64,000 bases of DNA from an uncultured Verrucomicrobiota bacterium (GTDB taxonomy: Bacteria > Verrucomicrobiota > Verrucomicrobiia > Limisphaerales > JAEYXS01), in NCBI GenBank assembly GCA_964589735.1, contig CAZPUL010000002.1, positions 8,176 through 72,175 of the forward strand. Reading direction: 5' to 3'. The translations under genes were made by a program, and so were the position numbers. Of the stretch, positions 57,479 to 64,000 are shown one piece after another. The number at the start of each line of letters is the position of its first letter. Position 1 is the first letter of the stretch. Below the pieces are notes generated by a model that was given only the letters and a program-made list of their open reading frames with translations, was not told the origin of the DNA and searched no databases.

Positions 57479-58738
57479 ATGGACAGTCTTTTGATCAAAG
57501 GCGGCATCCCGCTGCACGGCGATGTGCAGATCAGCGGAGCCAAGAACGCCGTGCTCCCCCTCATGGCCGCCACCCTCCTCACGGCTGAGCCATGCATCAT
57601 CCGCCGCGTACCGGACCTGAGCGACGTGAAGTTCATGGGCCAAGTTCTTACTTCACTCGGAGCGACGGTGGAGATCAACGGTGACGAGGTGAAAATCCAG
57701 GCCAACAAGATCAAGGGCACGGGTGATTATGACCTGATCCGCAAGATGCGTGGATCCATCTGCATCTTGGGCCCGCTGCTGGCGCGCTTGAAGAAGGCCA
57801 CGGTGTCGCTGCCGGGTGGTTGCGTCATCGGTGCCCGTCCGGTGGACCTGCATTTGAAGGGCCTCGAGGCCCTGAGCGCGAAGATCGTCGTCGAGCGCGG
57901 TTACGTCATTGCCAAAGCCCCGAAATTGATCGGTCGCGAGATGTTCCTTGGTGGTCGCTCGGGCCCGACGGTTTTGGGCACGGCGAATATCATGATGGCG
58001 GCGACGCTGGCGGAAGGCGTGACCATCATCGACAGCGCGGCGTGCGAGCCGGAAGTGGTCGATCTGGCGAACTTCCTGAACGCCATGGGCGCCAAGATCA
58101 CGGGTGCGGGCAGCCCCACCATCACCATCACGGGTGTGAAAGAGTTGCATGGTGCGGAGCATGAGGTCATTCCGGACCGCATTGAAGCGGCCACTTATGC
58201 GATCGCGGCGGCGGCGACAAATGGTGAAGTAACCCTCCATGGTGCGCGGGCGGATCACATGCACGCCATTTTGGACAAGCTCCGTGAAGCGGGTGTGAAA
58301 GTTGAGCGAAGCGGCCCACGCATCACCATCAAACGCAATGGCAAACTCAAGCCGGTGGACATCGTCACCCAGCCTTACGCAGGGTTCCCGACGGATGCCC
58401 AGGCGCAGATGATGGTGCTCATGGCGTTGACGCCCGGCATCAGCATCATCACGGAACGGATTTTCGAGGCCCGCTTTATGCACGTCAGCGAGTTGCTGCG
58501 TTTGGGGGCGGACATCGCCATCGAGGGGCCAAGCGCCATCGTGAAGGGCGGCAAACCGCTTAGCGGCGCAGAAGTGATGGCGAGCGATCTGCGTGCCTCG
58601 GCGGCCCTGGTCATCGGCGGCATGGCGGCGAAGGGTTCCACCCAGGTGAACCGTATCTATCATCTGGACCGTGGCTACGAGAAGATCGATGAGAAGCTGA
58701 AGAAGTTGGGGGCAAGGGTGTCCCGGGTGAAAGAGTAG
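57479..58738 (+). CDS. murA: UDP-N-acetylglucosamine 1-carboxyvinyltransferase
   Basis: LHGDVQISGAKNAVLPLMAATLL, LPGGCVIGARPVDLHLKGLEALSA, GFPTDAQAQMMVLMALTPG. Confidence 0.97.
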   Translation: MDSLLIKGGIPLHGDVQISGAKNAVLPLMAATLLTAEPCIIRRVPDLSDVKFMGQVLTSLGATVEINGDEVKIQANKIKGTGDYDLIRKMRGSICILGPLLARLKKATVSLPGGCVIGARPVDLHLKGLEALSAKIVVERGYVIAKAPKLIGREMFLGGRSGPTVLGTANIMMAATLAEGVTIIDSAACEPEVVDLANFLNAMGAKITGAGSPTITITGVKELHGAEHEVIPDRIEAATYAIAAAATNGEVTLHGARADHMHAILDKLREAGVKVERSGPRITIKRNGKLKPVDIVTQPYAGFPTDAQAQMMVLMALTPGISIITERIFEARFMHVSELLRLGADIAIEGPSAIVKGGKPLSGAEVMASDLRASAALVIGGMAAKGSTQVNRIYHLDRGYEKIDEKLKKLGARVSRVKE

Positions 58739-58775
58739 GGGAAAACTCCAAGCTCAAAGTTCAAAGCTCAAAATT

Positions 58776-58812
58776 AGCTCCAAATCCGTCGTGGGCGGAT
58801 CTGGAGCTTTTT
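58776..58812 (+). terminator. Terminator-like hairpin downstream of murA, nested in a larger inverted repeat (58748-58843)
   Basis: AGCTCCAAATCCG...CGGATCTGGAGCTTTTT; outer CCAAGCTCAAA/TTTGAGCTTGG. Confidence 0.7.
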
Positions 58813-58938
58813 CATGGGAGATTCTTTTGATTTTTGAGCTTGGGGTTTGGAGTTTTGATTCGGCATTTATTTCTGCTGGCTCTTGGCCCCGGCAGGCATT
58901 AGGTTGTCGCAGTTTCCAAATATTAGCTGAGGTGCCGT

Positions 58939-59442
58939 ATGGACATTAATTTTGCCTGCCCGAACTGCAACGTGTTGCTGACCGCGGATGACTCGATGGT
59001 CGGTGACGAGATCCAGTGTCCACAATGCAGCCTGACCTTCAATGTGCCGGAAGGCACCCCGGCCCCTCCGCCAGCGCCCGCCGTTGATCCGACCGAGGAG
59101 ATATTGGCGGCGACCTCCACACCTGAGCTCAAGCCGCGCCAGCGCATCAACCTGACGCTGCCCTCCAGCGCCCCTGGTTCGGGCGCGCTCATCGAGAAGG
59201 CGAACAAGCCGCTCGAAGTGGCGGCCAAGCTGGGCATTTCCTTCGTCGTGCGGACCATTCGCCGTTCCGAGTGCATCGTCAATGGCAAGGACCGCTTTGA
59301 TGACATGGTGGCCGAGGTTTTGAGCGGTGTGGGTGAGGAACATCTGCATTCCGTCACGCCGATCAGCTATTCCTATCTCGATAAAGCCTCCCAGATGGCG
59401 CTGATGGACTACGGCGTCATGATCATCTACAAGAAGCAGTAA
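58939..59442 (+). CDS. Zinc-ribbon (MJ0042-like) N-terminus plus unknown C-terminal domain
   Basis: FACPNCNVLLTADDSMVGDEIQCPQCSLTFNVPEGTP; C-terminal SYSYLDKASQMALMDYGVMIIYKK. Confidence 0.7.
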   Translation: MDINFACPNCNVLLTADDSMVGDEIQCPQCSLTFNVPEGTPAPPPAPAVDPTEEILAATSTPELKPRQRINLTLPSSAPGSGALIEKANKPLEVAAKLGISFVVRTIRRSECIVNGKDRFDDMVAEVLSGVGEEHLHSVTPISYSYLDKASQMALMDYGVMIIYKKQ

Positions 59443-59498
59443 TTCAGCGGGGCCGGAGAAGCTCCCAAGCTCAAAGCACTGAAGAAACTTCCAATCTC

Positions 59499-59535
59499 AA
59501 GCTCCAGCTTTGCTCCGGCGGGTTGGAGCTTTTTC
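59499..59535 (+). terminator. Terminator-like hairpin
   Basis: AAGCTCCA...TGGAGCTTTTTC. Confidence 0.65.
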
Positions 59536-59861
59536 TTTGGTCGTTTGGAGTTTTGAAGGGGGATTATCTTCCTTCTGTGGGCGTTCGACCACCCAGAGGC
59601 CGCCAGTTGGATTGGATCATCTGCTGAATCCCTTGCGGAGTGAAAAATGTATTTCCGACCGGCTCTATCAAACCGCCGAAGGGATGGCGGACAGGGAAGG
59701 GATGGCCTTTTTTGGTCCGGCAGGTGTGGATTCTGATGATTGCACTTTGGCGGTTATTGACGGAAACTTGTCCGCGTTCGGCTGACGTTGGTCGGGATTG
59801 AGCGTTTGCTGCTGCTGGCTGTCAATCATGATGGTCGGGGCGGCGCAAAAGCCGGCTACAG

Positions 59862-60386
59862 ATGCATACTGAGACCAAACCGGAACCAACCGTGAACGGA
59901 TGGGCCCGCCTGGTGGTGGGCAAACATCCGAAGAAGACGCTTTCGCGCATCGCGGTGACGATCATCACCTGCGCTGTGGTCTTTGGTTTTCTGGCCCGCC
60001 CCATCCAAGTGGTCGGTATCAGCATGTTCCCGACTTACAAGCAGGGGCAGTATAACTTCATCAACCGTGTCTCCTATTGGTTTTCCGAGCCACAACGCTT
60101 TGATGTGGTGGCGGTGGATGAGCGTCAAAACGGCATCCGTGCGGTCCTGCTCAAGCGTATCATCGGCCTGCCGGGGGAAAAAGTGGTCATCAGTGAGGGG
60201 ATCGTGGAGGTGAATGGCCAGCCCTTGGATGAGCCGTATGTGCGGGCGCGTTTTCCGTGGAAGGAAGATTTTGAATTGGGGCCGGAGGAGTATCTGGTCA
60301 TCGGTGACAACCGGGCCATGATCCAGGACAACCACACCCATGGGGTCCGCGCGCGCAAGTTGATCATGGGCAAGGTGCTGTATTGA
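59862..60386 (+). CDS. lepB: Signal peptidase I
   Basis: VVGISMFPTYKQGQYNFINRVSYW, VLLKRIIGLPGEKVVISEGIVEVNGQPLDEPYV, YLVIGDNRAM. Confidence 0.9.
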   Translation: MHTETKPEPTVNGWARLVVGKHPKKTLSRIAVTIITCAVVFGFLARPIQVVGISMFPTYKQGQYNFINRVSYWFSEPQRFDVVAVDERQNGIRAVLLKRIIGLPGEKVVISEGIVEVNGQPLDEPYVRARFPWKEDFELGPEEYLVIGDNRAMIQDNHTHGVRARKLIMGKVLY

Positions 60387-60392
60387 GTCGGC

Positions 60393-61781
60393 TTAAAAAT
60401 CGCGGAACGGTCCTCGCGGTTCGGCCTCATCCATCTGTTTCTTCCAGTTCACGAACTTGGCTTTCATCATGGCGGTCACGTCGGGCTTCTCCTGACTGAG
60501 GTCTTTTTTCTCGCTGAGGTCGGTGGATAAATCATACAGCCCTTTGCCTTTGGCGGATTCCACCCACTTCCAGTTGCCGACGCGGGCGGCACGATCGCTG
60601 CGGCGTTCCCAATACATCTCGGTGCGCGGTGATTTCTGTTTGCCTTGCAGCACGGGCAGGAGATTGAAGCCGTCGAGGATGATATCCTTCGGTGGTCTGG
60701 CTCCGGCGATGGCAGTGAAGGTGGGGAAGAGTTCGAGGCCGGTGAGGAATTCATCCGTGACTTTTCCGGCCGGCAATTGGCCGGGCCAGCGGGCGAGGAA
60801 AGGCACGCGCAAGCCGCCTTCCCACATGGTGGATTTCGCGCCTTTCAAGGGCGCATTGCCGCCATTGCCACTGCCGCCGTTGTCCGACATGAAGACCACG
60901 AGGGTGTTTTTTTCCAGGTCATGCTTTTTCAAGGCGTCGAGCAGTTCACCAATGGCGGCGTCCATGCAGGTGACGGCGGCGTAGTAGGAGGTGAGCCTTT
61001 CTTTCGGGTCCATCTGGGGATATTTGCGGATGTATTCGTCCGGAGCCTGCACGCCGGGTTTGTCCAGATTGGAAGCGCCATGAGGAGCGTTGAAAGCGAC
61101 GTAGAGGAAGAAGGGTTGCTCGCGGTTCTCGTTGATGAAACGGAGCGATTCGCGTTTGAAGACATCCGTGGCGTAGGTGCCTTTGTCCGCCTCCGTGCGG
61201 TTGTTGTCACGGAACATGGAAGGCGCGCCATAACGCTCGTGCGTGTAGTAATCGATGCCGTTGTTCCCGATGCCGTAAAAGAAATCGAAGCCGCGCTGGA
61301 GCGGCAGGTAACGCTTGGCCTGGCCCATGTCCCACTTGCCCACCACGCCCGTGCGATAGCCGGCGGTCTTGAGCACATTGCCAATGGTGATCTCCTTGGG
61401 GTCCAGCCCCAGAGTCATCTCCGGCGAGACGAGGTATTCATCCCAGGAATATTTGTGCCCGTAGTTGACGAGGTCATTGCGGACCATGTCATAGAGACCG
61501 TTGCGTTGTGGATAGCGCCCGGTCAGCACGCTGCCGCGTGAAGGTGTGCAGGCGGGCCAGGTGACGTAAAAACTAGTAGCCCGCACGCCTTCCCGGGCGA
61601 GGCGATCCAAGTTAGGCGTCAGAATGGGCTTGGTGCCGATGATGCCGAGATCGGGATAACCCTGATCGTCCGAGATGATGAACAGGATGTTGGGCGGACG
61701 TTCAGCGGCAGGGAGATTGAGGGAGGTGAACAATGCCGGTAACAGCACGATGCCAATCCAGAATGAGCAGGCGCGGACCAT
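60393..61781 (-). CDS. Sulfatase (arylsulfatase family), secreted
   Basis: NILFIISDDQGYPDLG, CTPSRGSVLTGRYPQRNG (CxPxR formylglycine motif), MSDNGGSGNGG. Confidence 0.93.
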   Translation of the reverse strand: MVRACSFWIGIVLLPALFTSLNLPAAERPPNILFIISDDQGYPDLGIIGTKPILTPNLDRLAREGVRATSFYVTWPACTPSRGSVLTGRYPQRNGLYDMVRNDLVNYGHKYSWDEYLVSPEMTLGLDPKEITIGNVLKTAGYRTGVVGKWDMGQAKRYLPLQRGFDFFYGIGNNGIDYYTHERYGAPSMFRDNNRTEADKGTYATDVFKRESLRFINENREQPFFLYVAFNAPHGASNLDKPGVQAPDEYIRKYPQMDPKERLTSYYAAVTCMDAAIGELLDALKKHDLEKNTLVVFMSDNGGSGNGGNAPLKGAKSTMWEGGLRVPFLARWPGQLPAGKVTDEFLTGLELFPTFTAIAGARPPKDIILDGFNLLPVLQGKQKSPRTEMYWERRSDRAARVGNWKWVESAKGKGLYDLSTDLSEKKDLSQEKPDVTAMMKAKFVNWKKQMDEAEPRGPFRDF

Positions 61782-62120
61782 GCAGAATATGAAAGCACAG
61801 GTGATGGATTGCGGGAAGGGAAAGCTGATAGCAGGCCACCAATGATAGAGTGCCTGTGGCTGTTTTTGGTCTGTCTGGCTGGAATCGGGGCAGCTTAATT
61901 CTGCCTTGAGGCAATGGATTTGCGGTAGATCTTTCATGGGGAAAAGCCCTGATAGCACGGCGGTAGGAACACGCTAGGCTCTCCCACTGAAAACGGAATG
62001 GATGCACAGGGCTTTTGCCAAGAATGATGTAATTAAAGCAGTCAGGACAAAAAATGTCCATCATCGAGGCGGACTTTGCAAAAATTGGCCTAGAAGGTGC
62101 TGAATTGTAAATTTACAGGA

Positions 62121-64000
62121 ATGAGAACACTTACCTTGCTACCATGTGTCGCGCTGTTGCTGGCAGCGGGAGTCTCTGCTTTGCAAGCAGTTCCGACGGC
62201 AAATCCAGATACTGGAGCCACACCGGCGAACCAGCTTTTGACCGTCGGTAGCCCTGGTGTTCTGGCAAATGACTCTGGCACTGGGGTTTTGACCGTTAAC
62301 GGTAACGCTCCCCAGCAGAGTTATTCTTTTGCGGGTTTTACCTTCGATCAGTTGAGCACGCCGAATGTTTATACATCCTTGGCCGCAGGCACCTATAGTG
62401 GGGCCATCGTGACCCATCTGCCGATTGCTGTCACGGGTGAGATCACTGGGTTTCCGAGCAGTACGGTGGGTTTTGATTCCTCATTGTCGATTGGCCGCCA
62501 GTTTACCGTTACCACCGGGGTGCGTGCGTTGAACCTGCCGAATGGGAACAACGGCACGACCCGGCGCAGTGGTTTTGAACTGTCGTGGAACAATGGTTTG
62601 ATCCTCACGAACGATACGGGGAATGACTTTGTGGTCTATGAATCCGGCTCCAATGCCACCACGCCGGAAGGTTTCATGGTGCAGGTCCATGACCGGATCA
62701 ACAATGTGTGGAGTGTCTGGGTTTACCAGCCGGCCACGGCGGTGGCGACCACTTCCGGTTCGGAAACGGCTTTTGCCATGCTGTTTGACCTCAGCGGATT
62801 CGGCATCGCTGCCAATGGTGAGGTGGATGGCATCCGGGTGGTTAACCTGACCGATGAGGACCGGATGGTGGATGCCAGCGGTGTGGGGGTAGTGATTCCC
62901 GAAGACAACGGGGCTACGAGCGCGTTTTTGCCAGACCCGGGCTCCTTGGCTTCGTTCGAGACTTACGGTGCCAGCACGCTGGACCCGGACCCGATCTATG
63001 TCGGCATCTTGCGCCCTTTGACGCCCGGAACGCCGGCGTTTGACGCGAACAGCGCTTTGGGAGCGCCCGTCAACGTGAACCCGGACGGCAGTTATACCTA
63101 TGACCCGCGCGGTGTGCTTACCCTGCGGCAACTGGCCGCCGGGGCCACGATGGATGATACCTTCAGTTATACGGTGCAGGATGACGACGGTTTTGACACT
63201 GCCACGGTGACCATCACCGTGACCGGGGTGAACGAAGATCCGGTCGGCGTGAATGATGCGTATGCCGCCAGCGAGGATTCGGTCCTGTCGGTGCCCACCG
63301 CGACGGGCGTGCTGGTGAATGATACGGATGTGGATACCGGCGCGGTTCTCTCGGTGACGGCCTTCGACGCCTTCAGCGTGCAGGGGGCAGTGGTTGCGGT
63401 GGCAACAGATGGCAGTTTCACTTACAATCCGGCGGCGGTTCCGGCCATCCAGGCGCTCTCGGTGGGGCAAACGCTGGTGGATACGTTCACATACACTGTT
63501 TCTGACGCCAATGGTGGCAGTGATACGGCGATCACGGTGAGTATCACGGTGAGCGGCCGCAACAACCCGCCCATGGCCGTGGCCGACACCGGTTTTGCCA
63601 CTGCTTCGGACACGGTGCTCAATGTGCCCGCGCCTGGTGTCCTGGCGAATGACACGGACCCGGATGCCGGTGACGTCTTGCGGGTGGAAGGTCCGGGGCA
63701 GCAGCTTTACACCTTTGCCACAGTCACTTTTGATCAAGCCGGCACACCGACCATCCTCACCACCCTGGCACCCGGCACCTATGATGGAGCGGTGATCGAT
63801 GCCGAACCGGCGGACCTGACGAACGCCCGTAGCGGTTTTCCGGATGACGCCACGAATTTCAAAGGTGAGTATTCCTTGGGCCGCCTCTTTGAATCTTCCG
63901 CCGGCACCACAGTGCGCGGGGTGAATCTCCCCTTGGGTGATGTGGGAACGGCGTTCCGCAGTGGCGTTCAATTGTCATGGGAAAACGGACTGAGTCTGAC
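62121..64000 (+). CDS. Large secreted VCBS/cadherin-like (Big_9-type) repeat protein, 3' end outside window
   Basis: ATG 62121, signal peptide MRTLTLLPCVALLLAAGVSALQA, frame open to window end; PVGVNDAYAASEDSVLSVPTATGVLVNDTDVD, DTFSYTVQDDDG, MAVADTGFATASDTVLNVPAPGVLANDTDPDAGD. Confidence 0.85.
   Translation, partial: MRTLTLLPCVALLLAAGVSALQAVPTANPDTGATPANQLLTVGSPGVLANDSGTGVLTVNGNAPQQSYSFAGFTFDQLSTPNVYTSLAAGTYSGAIVTHLPIAVTGEITGFPSSTVGFDSSLSIGRQFTVTTGVRALNLPNGNNGTTRRSGFELSWNNGLILTNDTGNDFVVYESGSNATTPEGFMVQVHDRINNVWSVWVYQPATAVATTSGSETAFAMLFDLSGFGIAANGEVDGIRVVNLTDEDRMVDASGVGVVIPEDNGATSAFLPDPGSLASFETYGASTLDPDPIYVGILRPLTPGTPAFDANSALGAPVNVNPDGSYTYDPRGVLTLRQLAAGATMDDTFSYTVQDDDGFDTATVTITVTGVNEDPVGVNDAYAASEDSVLSVPTATGVLVNDTDVDTGAVLSVTAFDAFSVQGAVVAVATDGSFTYNPAAVPAIQALSVGQTLVDTFTYTVSDANGGSDTAITVSITVSGRNNPPMAVADTGFATASDTVLNVPAPGVLANDTDPDAGDVLRVEGPGQQLYTFATVTFDQAGTPTILTTLAPGTYDGAVIDAEPADLTNARSGFPDDATNFKGEYSLGRLFESSAGTTVRGVNLPLGDVGTAFRSGVQLSWENGLSL

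Noticed and set aside
62481-63971. 496-aa minus-strand ORF
   Set aside because: Antisense to the open VCBS/cadherin-like CDS starting at 62121, which the ORF track omits because it runs off the window; H/R/G-rich translation with no domain.

Overview
A 64 kb, high-GC, gene-dense chromosomal segment that looks like Verrucomicrobia (Pedosphaera/Limisphaerales-like, judged by protein families only). It has about 49 supportable CDSs, one tRNA-Phe, and one SRP (4.5S-like) RNA upstream of dnaX. Housekeeping genes include dnaX-ybaB-recR, lpxD, murA, prmC and lepB-like. Accessory content is typical of the phylum: DUF1501 and DUF1549/DUF1553 proteins, a sulfatase, GH10-like, GH18 and GH26-like hydrolases, beta-helix proteins, PEP-CTERM, a LamG protein, Gfo/Idh/MocA and an S74-type fibre-like protein. 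No CRISPR array, prophage or intact transposase was seen. The strongest unexplained signal is in the intergenic DNA. Two ~176-nt elements (32107-32282 and 48082-48258) have nearly identical cores but different arms, and the arms stay self-complementary in each copy (compensatory changes). Both are bounded by TA dinucleotides, and one interrupts a separate dispersed repeat whose uninterrupted copies also occur in the window, giving an empty-site/filled-site comparison. Other signals are several families of dispersed intergenic repeats (7-nt and ~8-nt phased), a two-copy ~190-nt intergenic element, a partial Ebo-like locus interrupted by a GH18 gene, an orphan UreF-like protein, a degenerate HisKA-REC-cyclase protein, a 57-aa stand-alone zinc ribbon missing from the ORF track, and a large VCBS/cadherin-like protein with a duplicated uncharacterised module running off the window end. 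All family assignments were made by eye without database searches.
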